Source: Polymyxa betae A26-41
Taxonomy: Eukaryota; Protista; Endomyxa: Phytomyxea
Direction of reading: 5' to 3'
Assembly: GCA_003693705.1 (NCBI GenBank)
Contig: RBZT01000578.1
Coordinates: forward strand, 236,240 to 300,239
DNA: 64,000 nucleotides
The first letter of the stretch is position 1, and each line of letters opens with the position of its first letter. Positions 12,123-23,210 of the stretch are shown here, one piece after another. Made by a program: the position numbers and the translations under genes. Below the pieces are notes generated by a model. It was not told the origin of the DNA. It searched no databases and was given only the letters and a program-made list of their open reading frames with translations.

Positions 12123-13674
12123 ATGCCTATCGACGTCAACGATATTCGCGACTATAGGCCAGATGGCGATTCCGCCAAGGTTCGCGAACTGCTTCGTCGT
12201 CGATTCCAGTCGCCGGATATTCTTGATGAGCTCGTCAAGATCGATGAGGCCTGGCGTGTGGCCGCCTTCGAGGTTGATAACCTGAACAAGGAGCGGAATG
12301 CGATCTCGAAGGAGGTTGGCATGCTGAAGAAGGCGAAGAAGGATGCGAGCGAACTGATGGAGAAAGCAAAGCTGCTGCCGGAACGCATCCAGGCTGCCGA
12401 GAAAAAGTTCGTCATACCGGTTTTATTATGAATTTGTTTTTATTTTCGTTAGGCGTGATGACCTTGCTGCTGATCTTACACGCCGCATCAAGACAATTGG
12501 CAATTATGTCCACGATAGGTAATCGCTATACAGACTGGTCGCCAATTTGTGAAATGACCGTCGCGTTCAGTGTCCCTGTGAGCGATAACGAAGATGACAA
12601 TGTCATTGTAAAAACATTCGGGACCTGCAAAGAGACGCAGCCATGGATGATGCATCATCACGAACTCTTATATCAGATCGGCGGCTATGAGCCTGAAGCC
12701 GGCGCTGATGTTGCTGGACATCGCGCCTATTTCCTTACAGGACCGGCTGTCTTGCTTAACCAGGCTCTCATCAATTATGGTCTTGCGTTCCTCACCAAAC
12801 GACAATGTCAGCTCTCTTTTCCGTGATGTGGTTTGATATTAATTGCGGGCTTAGATACCCCGATTCAGCCTCCTTTCTTCATGAACCAAGAGGTTATGGC
12901 TGAAACTGCTCAGCTCGAAGAATTTCACGAAGCCCTGTATAAAGTCATGGGCCACGATGACGACACTGCTAACCTCAAATATCTGATCGCTACATCGGAG
13001 CAGCCGATTTCCGCTCTGAACAGAAACAAATGGATCAACCCGAAAGACCTGCCTCTGAAGTATGCTGGAATTTCAACCTGTTTCCGTCGTGAGGTACATC
13101 ATGATTGCTTTGTTCAGCTATGATGCTCAATGGAATCAATTAGGCGGGATCTCATGGTCGTGACGCTTGGGGTATCTTCCGAGTTCACCAATTCGAGAAA
13201 GTCGAGCAGTTCGTTGTCACAGAGCCCGAGAAATCCTGGGAGATGATGGAGGAGATGATCGGCGCTGCTCAGGAGTTCTATCAATCGCTTGGTCTATCTT
13301 ACCGAGTTGTCAATATTGTCTCGGGTGTCTTAAACAACGCCGCTGCGAAGAAATACGACCTGGAAGCCTGGTTCCCGACTTTGGGCGTCTACCGCGAGCT
13401 TGTCTCGTGCTCGAACTGCACTGATTATCAAGCTCGGGCGATGGAAACTCGTCTGGGCACCAAAGATGTGAAGGCGACGCGCAAGGCCTATGTTCATATG
13501 TTGAACGCGACGTTGACCGCAACTGAACGTACGATCTGTTGCCTTTTGGAGAACTACCAAACCGAAACTGGCGTTGTGGTCCCTGAAGTTCTGCGTCCTT
13601 TCATGGGCGGGATTGATTTCATGCCTTTTGTTCGGAAGTGGACCAGCAAGACCAGCCATCAAGCCCAGAAATAA
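12123..13674 (+). CDS. SARS1: Cytosolic seryl-tRNA synthetase
   Basis: IGNYVHDSVPVS (across intron 12519-12570), [62 protein letters not shown]. Confidence 0.98.
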
Positions 13675-14312
13675 ATACTCATACCATTGTCCTAAAGAAT
13701 TGATTCAGCCCTAAGATAAGTCTTTCAGGCATTCTTTAATTACTTGCATCCATTATTAGAGTGATTCTATCTGTACTGCACTTCCTTGACCCCGTGATTC
13801 CTGTCGTCAGGCGTTCTGGCTATCGCCTTGAACTTGGTCCATTTACTGTTTCATCTTGAAGTCATACGTACAGGAAGCTAGTTCGATTAAACTTTTTCAT
13901 TTCAACATCCTGAGATTGACTCTTGATGCTAAGAGATGATATTTTTGCAAACCTTTTAGGTTGAATTTAGGATTTGGAGTGGGACAGGAAATCAACGACT
14001 ACGGCAGCGCTGCAGGCAATGAAATCAAATTATTTGGATTCGTAAGGAACTGATTTCAGGGGGTACTCGTCGTGGAAATGGCCACTTCGTTCGGCAATTC
14101 CTTTAACTCCAACTTTTACAGATTCAGACACAATTGTGAATTGCTACCGATAAGCCTGCCTGAGCTTCATTTTCAATTTCAATAGATTCAGTGCAAAAAT
14201 GCAGTTAAACGGAAAACGGTTCCTTTTGATCCATTACCGAGATCGAGTTCCAGCCGAACAGGTACCTCCCACGATTGACCCTTAATGCCAATCTGACCCA
14301 GAATTGACAGGA

Positions 14313-15875
14313 ATGTCACGTCGTTCAGAGACTTTGATGCGGAAGACGCCTCCGGGCGTTAAGTCGCCATCCGTCATGGGTTCCTTGAAAAACCTGGGTG
14401 ATGCCATTCATCTATCGCAGATTCAGCATATCTGACATCGACATTCAGGTCGAGCGCCAACTTTACAGGATAGTTTACAGAAAGAGTATATTACTAATCT
14501 TCAGCAACAAATCTACTTTTTGGAGCTCGAGACGAGACTAATGCGTGAATCGGGTGGTACGAAGAATGCAAGGCCGGGTGAACAAGGTGCTATGATTCCG
14601 GGTTCTATGTCATCTTCGGCATCATTACCAATGTCGACCATGAAGGACAGAGTCTTCGAAGAGCATATTAGAGAAGCTCGACTGAAGTATCAAGGTTTGG
14701 AGACCAGATATGAGACCGAAGTTGACGAGCTCAAACAAGCCAACGACAAGGTATCTGCTGAGAATGAAAGCCTGAAAGCTGAAATCGATCGCCATCATGA
14801 ACGTATCAAAACTCTCGAAGCAGAAGTTGCTCAGCATGAGAATGCATCTGAAGAGCATCGCATCCAGAATATCTCCGCTTCAATCGACTTAAAAAAGCGA
14901 TTAGATCGCCTTGAAACAGTTCTTTCTAACAGACAAAACGAGCTTGAACAAGTCAAGCAGAGAGCAAGAATCGACCGAGTCGATGCTGCCGCAGCGCTGA
15001 AAGCAGCACAAGATGAACTGGAAACAGCACAAGCAGCGTTGAAACTGTCTTCAGACCGGGAAAAAGACACGGCTGATAAACTGATGCGGATCGAAAAAGA
15101 TATATTGGAATTGAACGAAACGAAGCATCATCATGATGATGGAATATCGAGTCGGGCCTTAATTCAAGAGTTAGAAGAGAACAAGGCCATCATCAAACGC
15201 ATGGAGCTGGAAAAGAGCACAATTGAAGCTACCAGCGAACGTCGTCAGGCGCACTGTGATGAATATCTAAAAGAGATCCAAGAACTAAAATCAGCATTGG
15301 CGAAACACGAATCGCGTCGACACGCCAACGAACAAGCCCGCGATCGAGCTGCTAAAATTGAACAAAAATGGAGTGACGAACTCGTCTCCTTACGTAGAAA
15401 AGTCGAGGACCTCAGATTGGATGCTGAACAAGACCATGAAATGATCGCTCGGCTTCAAGCAGAACTAGCTTCTGTTCGAAGAGATAACATCGAGATCGGC
15501 GAAGAGCGCTCTGACCTCGTTAACGAAGTTGAAGTCCATAAAGAAGAGCTAGTTAAGATGCAGACGGAACTCGAGGCGTCTTTCAGCAAGGCTGCCGGTA
15601 TTGAAGCCATGAATCAGGTCTTACAAAAGAATGTCGACGACGCCCACGTAAAGATCGCCGAGTTCGAATGTCTAATCGACTCTCTCACCAAAGAACGGGA
15701 TCAAATCAAAGCCCAAACAGAACTGCTCCAGAAACGGTACTCACTCTGCAAGTCGATGGAGACGCTGAAGCAGACCGACCTGAACGGCCTGCTGCAATCG
15801 AATCTGCAGATGGTGAAGAGCTTGGAGTCGATCGCCAATCAGATGAAGCTGGCCGAGTCCAGTCCTTCACGTTAG
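14313..15875 (+). CDS. Long coiled-coil protein
   Basis: ATG after a cag acceptor, one intron, then EYITNLQQQIYFLELE and about 400 aa of heptad-rich E/K/R/L sequence. Confidence 0.8.
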
Positions 15876-16633
15876 ATAAAATGAATGTCTCATTAGAGCA
15901 GACAGAATGGCCTGCCGTGTAACGTAAAACACAGAAACGCAACACCAAAGAAACCAGAACAATAAAAGTAAAATATATAAAAAAAAACATTTGATTATTA
16001 ACGTTCCCATACATGGCCAGAGTCATTACAGGTATTATATACATACAGTCAGATCAACAGCATCAGACCTCGCGACAAAAGTTCACTATCAGTTTACTCG
16101 GTTTGACATGTGATGAAGAATATTGGGGTTTAGGCGAAGCCAAAAACCATTGGAAGGTTTCAACGGTAGTGGATCAACAGGAACAGACAAAAAGGAAGTT
16201 TCTATTAGCCCATCTTAATCAAACCCTACACCCTGATATCATTCGCAAACTTCCCTGCCCTTAATACATTCAACATACATCATCTATCATATTGCCTTAC
16301 CAATCCCCAAACCCAGTACTAATTGATGCTGTCACAAATCCCATCGACTGGCTTTCAAAGCGATGGAAGGCTCTAGACACCCGAGATGGAAAGACCATCA
16401 TATAGTATAAAAGACTAGTTGCATATAGGTCGTAAGAGGAGACCGTCATGGCATAGAATAGAGTCACCCAAATGCCAAGAGGGTCGCAGCGCAGCTCATC
16501 ATCATTATTATTGTGCGGCTAGACTAATCACGCGATCGCATTCGGCAGCGCCGGCGCCTGCGCATCACTTTGGCTCGAGGATTGTCCAGGCGGTCAGGCC
16601 AGGACAGACGATAGGCAGCAAGGCACCGGTCAC

Positions 16634-17271
16634 ATGGCTCCCATCAACATTGAAAACGTCGAGATCTTGGACAACCCGACCCAATTTAAAAACCCGTTTC
16701 AGATCCAAGGTCGCCTAGCAATATTCTTGGTTGTATTCTTCATGTTAATTTATCTGTATAGTCACGTTTGACTGTATCTCACCTGGGATCCGAGGGGGTA
16801 ATGCTGTGCTTTGGAAATAATAATTAATAGATGCTGATCAGACTGACAGAGCTAGAATGGAAACTGATATATGTTGGATCTGCTGACGATGAGAAATATG
16901 ACCAGCTTCTTGATAGTGTCCTGGTCGGTCCAGTCTCTATTGGTACCAGTAAATTCGTCTTTCAGGTTAGGACTTCACTATGCAATATTATTGTTGATTG
17001 AAGATCTTGTCAGGCTGCCGCTCCAGATCACACGAAAATCCCTGAGAAGGATATTCTCGAAGTCACTGTGATCTTGTTAACGTGCTCGTATAAAGGCAAC
17101 GAATTCATTCGTGTTGGATATTATGTAAATAACGACTTCGGTCCTGAAGAGCAACTAAATCGAGAGCCACCTGAACACGTCGATATTGATAAAGTCTACC
17201 GGAATGTTCTGAGCACCAGCCCACGTGTGACAAGATTTCCCATCGAATGGGACGATGGCTTGATCGCCTAA
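16634..17271 (+). CDS. ASF1: Histone chaperone ASF1
   Basis: [68 protein letters not shown]; 3 introns. Confidence 0.97.
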
Positions 17272-17458
17272 ACGCCTAATCGTCCGATTTGAAAGCCTTG
17301 CTGTTTCTCATCGATAACAGAAGCACCAACTGCTGCTTACAAATCATTGCTTATAAACATATGAATTTAACCGCTTTGACAATTATGCTTCTTGAATTGC
17401 TTGTTAGCAGGGATTGTTTTGGCGAGGCCTCCCCTGATATGAACACTCCTCTAAACGG

Positions 17459-18391
17459 ATGTCGTCATCAGACGATTGGAGTCTCTCATTAACGCAATGG
17501 CTTGACCAACATCAGCGTCTAATCCGAACATCTACCTGGCTGCTTCCTGGTATCGGCCTGGCCCTGCTGGCCTACAATCGCGGCGCTTTTTACCGACATC
17601 GATCCTGGACATCGGCAGCGGCTGCCAGACCTTTCACCGTTCGGATGTCGTTATCAAATCGGTGTCAACTGATGGATTCTAGGCCTTTTCAGCCGATATC
17701 TCTTTCAATAAGAACTCGATTCAATTGTATCTGTATCATACATCGGCGATTCGTCGAGCTTTGGCTCTTAGTCCAACTAAAGTTTCATCCGAAGATACTC
17801 TGCCTGCAATGTATGCAAGTATTTCAATGCTCCCCTATTGTTGACTTCAACTTCCCTGTATTAGATTGGCACTAGTTCAGCTGGAAAACAGCTTTGAAGC
17901 ACGGTCACAAGCCAGAGACTTGCTGTGGAGAAGGTAATCAGCAGGATATAGCGATCCCTGGTTTGATACTATCTAGAAACCTTCTAACTCGCGTTCTCAA
18001 CGATGGGAATAATTCGTTCTCCTCGCCGCCGTATGTTTTCGCCTATAGAGGAATTGGCGGCTTTCGTTGGGATGTCGGCAAAGAATTGATTCGCAGAGGT
18101 GCGGCTACGGTCAGCTCATCAACCTGTGCTGAAATCGGCCTTAAACGCGTTCGTTTACTAGACAAATGAAGATCCCCAATTTCTGATTAAATTCCCAGAC
18201 CTTGGATGAATATCGCCGCACTGAAGATTGGGCCAAAATTCGAGGAGCTGGAATGTGGAGGCAGCAGTCGAAGGTTCGTATTTTGCTTTCACCCGAGTTT
18301 CTACAATGTTAATGTCTCTGATTAGGTAGAACGACTGAATGCCTTTGGGCGAATGCTCCGTCGGTTCTGGGATAGACAGAGAGGTAATTAA
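17459..18391 (+). CDS. C3orf33-like protein with staphylococcal-nuclease (SNase)-like fold and N-terminal TM
   Basis: TM WLLPGIGLALLAY; WDVGKELIRRGAATV and EDWAKIRGAGMW match the SNase C-terminal pattern (LV..G.A.V ... E..A.....G.W); several introns. Confidence 0.65.
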
Positions 18392-18503
18392 TTGTGATTT
18401 ATGGAAAAAAAAGGAAAATAGAGCTTAAAAAATTATGGAATAATATATACTAGCAGCATGTTGTGCCCAACCAGGTCATAGACAGGGGCGAATTGTGGGA
18501 TAT

Positions 18504-19376
18504 TCATGCTCGACACATATTAGCATTATGGATATATCGCATCGATCGAAAATGTTCCTTCAACAGGTCGCTGAAGGGCTGTTGTCGTACGCGCCGACCA
18601 AATCGTACCGCTCCCGAAACGATCAGCTCCCGTCGACATTCATCAACCTTCGCGCTGCCGAATTTCAGCTTGGTCTCGCGAACCAACCGCGCGACATCCG
18701 ATCCGGATGCAGGTACCACCGAGACGACGTACACAGTTCGGGATTTCGCATCGACACGAATCGTGGTTTTGCGAACCGGCGTGCCGATATCGTCGTGCTT
18801 GGTAATAGTAATCTGCTTCCGATCTTTCTCTACGTTGATGACGTCGCGTTCATCCGTCATTCCTTCAATCAGCTTGCAAACCTCAGACAGGGCAACATCT
18901 GCATCGTCGCGCTCAGGTTTCTGCAACATGCTGAGCGCTTTCTCAACAGAAAGGGCGTTGTCGTTGATCATTTTCGCCACGGGCCGAATCTGTCGAAAGT
19001 TGGAGACGACAGACTGCAGTGTCGATCGAACAGCTGCCCGCAAGTCGCCACCGAATTCGTAGGGCATATCGTAATAGAAGCGAAACTCCCTCGTTTCGAC
19101 TTCTAAAGCGAAATAACCGACCGAAAGCGACGCGTTCAGCATGGCGATGAGTTCACAAACTTCAGGAACCAAATGGCACGGAATGGCATCGAATTGTGTG
19201 GCGATGAACTTGATCGTTGGAGCGCTGACGTTGAGGCGTGCCACAACAACGAGGTCATCGCTGAAGTTGAGTCGGAAGCCATTCCCTTGAACTTCGGCGT
19301 CGCAATCCAGATTCATTGTCGTAGCTGCTTGGGAGATCCAGTCTAGAGCCCGAAGAGCATCGATGCCGATCGACAT
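18504..19376 (-). CDS. YbjN/T3SS-chaperone-like protein, possibly with two tandem domains (290 aa, intronless)
   Basis: EVCELIAMLNASLSVGYFALEVETREFRFYYDM matches the YbjN pattern (..LN.....G.F.ld...g.i.f); the second half repeats the alpha/beta order; first ATG at 19376. Confidence 0.7.
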   Translation of the reverse strand: MSIGIDALRALDWISQAATTMNLDCDAEVQGNGFRLNFSDDLVVVARLNVSAPTIKFIATQFDAIPCHLVPEVCELIAMLNASLSVGYFALEVETREFRFYYDMPYEFGGDLRAAVRSTLQSVVSNFRQIRPVAKMINDNALSVEKALSMLQKPERDDADVALSEVCKLIEGMTDERDVINVEKDRKQITITKHDDIGTPVRKTTIRVDAKSRTVYVVSVVPASGSDVARLVRETKLKFGSAKVDECRRELIVSGAVRFGRRVRQQPFSDLLKEHFRSMRYIHNANMCRA

Positions 19377-20040
19377 AGAATCTTGTGTAGCCGGAAGATA
19401 CAGGATGGCAGATGCCCGCTCGACTCCTTGTTGTTGACGTTTTTGGGTGAACACCGAAAGCGTGCGTTGTTATAAATCAAGGAAAAAACTTGAAGCGGTT
19501 CGTTGTGGACGAGCAAAAAAGTATGTGCATCGGTTGACTCGAACAGATTCGGCTTCTTCATGAGAAAGTTGACTCATTTGCAAGAACTTCGTTTACATGA
19601 CTCATGATCAAGGAATTCAGCTCTTTAAAAGGATCCGACTTGGGAGATTTCTCTTATTAATACATTCATGCAGGTACAATTTCATGGTTGTAAGTTGCAA
19701 ATCTATAAGAGCGCTCAAACGATCTGGCGGCAATGTCATCTTTATATTCATCAAGAGCGCATTCTTGTGATACGTAATTGAGCTTAGATTTGCAAAGCTG
19801 CTTACGTTAAGTGGCGGTCCGCTCCAGATAGTACTGAACAGATTTTGTGTTTTTTCCCACTGGTCAGTAGTTATCAAGGTGCCGACCGCAAAAGGCACGG
19901 TTTGCGCGGATTCCATGCCGTACTGGCCCGGAAGCAAGGGGGTGCGAACATGGGCTGCGATAGAGAGACCCCATGCCCAATAGCAACCTCCGTTTAACAG
20001 GCGCGCAGATTCGCTCATATTCCTAACCGACTCTCTCGTA

Positions 20041-20661
20041 ATGGCTGCCGCTGCTCTATCCGCTGAGGCGATCGCCGAAGTCATGAACACCCAGGGCCCC
20101 GTCGTCTCCGCCGTCCTGTTGAAGGCCGACGGCACCATCGAACAGGTCTCCATCGACACCTCGCCGAAGGTCAACGCTCCCGCCGCTCTGCTGAAAGGCA
20201 ACCCGACCTTCATTGGACAGTGGCCTTCGTTGAACGTCATCATCATGTGCTCGAAGATCACTGCTGATGACTGGTCGGTTAACAAGCACAAGCTCCCCAA
20301 CCCATTCTCTAAGATCGAAGTCAAGGGCGACGTTCTGCTTCTGCGTATGGATGATGACGCTGTCCCCGCCGACTTTATGAAGGAGGAATGGGAACGATTC
20401 ACCTCGGAGCGAGATGAAACCCCAGCTGGTGAAGAAGACGAAGACTATGGACCTCTTCAGATCACAGCCAGCGAGCTGATCGACCAGATCGACGACGTCG
20501 CTGATGAGGATGACGAGGATGACGAAGAATTCGACGCTGAGGAAGATGAGGACGACTCCGATGAAGAAGACGAAGAAGAAGACGACGACGAAGAAGAGGA
20601 AGCCGATATGGAGCAAGATGAAGGTGAGAGCGCTGCCGAACCTGAACGCTCGGAACAGTAA
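20041..20661 (+). CDS. DUF5880-like protein with long Asp/Glu tail
   Basis: PTFIGQWPSLNVIIM...NKHKLPNPF...KGDVLLLRMDD...DF..EEW; about 70-residue acidic tail; strong C-ending codon bias; intronless. Confidence 0.75.
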   Translation: MAAAALSAEAIAEVMNTQGPVVSAVLLKADGTIEQVSIDTSPKVNAPAALLKGNPTFIGQWPSLNVIIMCSKITADDWSVNKHKLPNPFSKIEVKGDVLLLRMDDDAVPADFMKEEWERFTSERDETPAGEEDEDYGPLQITASELIDQIDDVADEDDEDDEEFDAEEDEDDSDEEDEEEDDDEEEEADMEQDEGESAAEPERSEQ

Positions 20662-20790
20662 ATGCTGTGATTAATATACCAAATTTATTGTATTGTTACA
20701 CAGTTTCATTGGCTTGATAGATGTACATTCGATCCGTTTAGATACAGCAATTACAATATTCACAATATTCTGGATAACCTAAAGAATCAA

Positions 20791-21989
20791 TTAACAGAAA
20801 AAAGCGATTTCACAAAACGAGCAAAACCTTCGTAGTATTCCAATAGACATATCACCTAATTGTCGCTGCGATGGAGGAAAGGTCGAGTTGCTCAGAATAA
20901 GCGATTCGGAGACGGCATTAAACTGATGTAATCCCAACTGCAACCTTTCAAACTGGCAAGCTGAGGCAAACGATGAAGGTCTGTGAAACTCTCGTAAATG
21001 GGTATCCAAGTTTAAGCCGTAATTACTCACAGCTTCGATGGCCGTTCTTGCATCGCGAACAACACTTTTATCACTGGAGCAAACCGTTTTTCATTTGACG
21101 GAGCTCGACGTTCCAGATGGAGCTTGCCATCGACAATTCTGAAAACCGCCTGGATGGCAAACGAGTCCCAGTTGCATAATTGAAGATAAATCAGGCGCCG
21201 ATCAGATGGATTCGCTAATTCGATCATATAACGAGATTGAGAATGGCAATGCTGCAATATATTAGCAACAGCATCTACATCGATCGTATAATACGTGAAG
21301 AGAGGTTCGTTCGTCACTCGAATGGAGCGCTTCCATAAGCGATACCCATTGGGAACCTCTTCACCTAATTCACAGCCACATTCACATTTCAATTTGCCTA
21401 CAAAGACGTCGGCAGGAACAAGCAGCTCGCGAACTCCAACAAGCATTACATTTCCAATTGCAGATTCGTCAAGACGTTCGCTTGGAAGACCATAAGGACG
21501 CTCGATGTTCGACATCGTATGAGGATCGCAAACCTAAAGAAATTGATTACAGGATTCATAAAGAATCGATAACAGCACCCATAGCTCAGACATTTCCATC
21601 CAATGCTCAGACGGTAAAGGAAGGACTTTTTGTACTCTGGACAAATCGGCGACAACACGAGCACACGATCGACAGAGTAAATCTTGACGAGATGAGAGTT
21701 CAGAAGCCGATGGCAGATCCAGATCACAATCTCGCTTCATGTCGAGCGTGATAGGGCATGTTAGATTGATGGCAGACGAATTCGAAGGGGTCAACCGGGC
21801 CCGATTCGACGCCACATGACAATCGAATAGAATCTCGGCAGAGTCGGTCGGGATGGAGACCCGAGCTCGATTCAGCTCCAGATCGATCTGCACTGGATAT
21901 CCCCATGCGATCAGCACAAGACGCTTCACATGAGGTAACTTCTCTATCGTTATATAGAGACGATCTGAACATGATTCTATTGCAGTCAT
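20791..21989 (-). CDS. UBE3D: UBE3D/Ipa1-like HECT-2 domain protein
   Basis: LLCRSCAR, KVLPLPSEHWMEMSELWVC, KCECGCELG, LCNWD, IKVLF, LSNSTFPPSQR; 2 introns. Confidence 0.85.
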
Positions 21990-22171
21990 GACAGCAAATG
22001 CAACATTCGCGCTAAAAAAAATCCGAAATTTTCCCGTCAAAGCCAAATGAAAAGTCAGTTAAAAATCAGCTAATAACACCGGATGTTTAATCAATCGAAT
22101 TACAGAGGCGAGTAGTTTATGAATCAATTACCAAGCTGAAATTGCCTGAAATTACAAGCTGATGTTTAGAA

Positions 22172-22923
22172 TTAGCGGCGGATCGGGGAGCGCGAACGAC
22201 GGCGGAATGGCGAGCGACGAGGTCCGTTTCGTCCACGAATGTCAGATCGTCGTGGCGATCGGGAACGTGGCCTGCCTTGAGCTCCGAATCGGCCCTGCGA
22301 ATCTACAACGAAGCTTAGATAAAATGTATCAGAAAAGCATTAAAGCAGGTCAACATACATGGAGGAGGGGGGCGGCGACCGCCACGATCTTGCACCATCA
22401 TTATTACTTCGACGACATTTCCATCGATCTGAGCGCCGTCCATATGACGACGTGCCTTCTCGGCGCCGCTGGATGCTTTAAAGAAAACTTCGGCCTTGCC
22501 CGTATTGGTCCCCTTGATTTTGGGATGCATCGGGATGACGACCTGAGCCACATCGCCGAACGTCCCGAAGATTTCTTTCAAGTGCTCCTCATTTACATTT
22601 CGAGTGATATTCCGAATAAGGACCCGCTTGGGACTGGGTGTACGGGAACGCCGACGAGGGCGCGGCGAGATTCTACGACGATCATAAGATCGTGAGCGTC
22701 GCGGAGGGCTTCGTCGACGGCGATAAGAGCGGGATCGGCTTCGCGAATAGCTCGAGCGCGAATACGACGAAGCCGAGCGCGAATACGACGACGACGGTGA
22801 GCGCGACGATGACGAATATGACGAAACCGACCGAGAGCGTTTACGTCCTCGGGACCGCGATCGGGTTCTGGATCGAGATCGGGACCGGGAGCCTCGTCCC
22901 CGAGGCGACTTCGATCGAGGCAT
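22172..22923 (-). CDS. RNPS1: RNPS1/SR45-like RS-RRM splicing/EJC protein
   Basis: RS-rich N-terminus, RRM starting IRNITRNVNEEHLKEIFGTFG and ending MDGAQIDGN, RS/P-rich tail after one intron. Confidence 0.92.
22753..22791. repeat. 18-bp direct repeat with 21-bp period in the RS domain
   Basis: cgagcgcgaatacgacga at 22753-22770 and 22774-22791 (encodes SSYSRS twice). Confidence 0.85.
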
Positions 22924-23210
22924 GGACGGCGACAAAAACCGAAATTGGCGATGAGAATGCGTAGATAAGAGAGCGACCTCCTTGATGTCCAAAAAATTTC
23001 AACTGGCGCAGCCTTCAACAATTGCTTCAGGAGCGCAGCCCTCGCAGAAATCCCTTCCGAATAAACTCGAATTGTTTTCTACGTTTCAGACAGCGAAATT
23101 TTTCCATGAACGAATGGATTTGGGAATTGGGCAGACTAGAGAATACTCAGGATGGTTTTATTTTTTTACTTTTTTGGGGCTCTGATTAGATACAGGAATA
23201 AACAATAGAA

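Noticed and set aside
16105-16240. Possible C/D snoRNA (GTGATGA ... CTGA)
   Set aside because: Weak terminal stem and no recognisable rRNA-complementary guide.
18463-19106. Two plus-strand ORFs of about 200 aa
   Set aside because: Non-ATG starts, antisense to the YbjN-like gene, no protein features.
19617-20616. 261-aa and 186-aa minus-strand ORFs
   Set aside because: Largely antisense to the codon-biased DUF5880-like gene; no motifs of their own.
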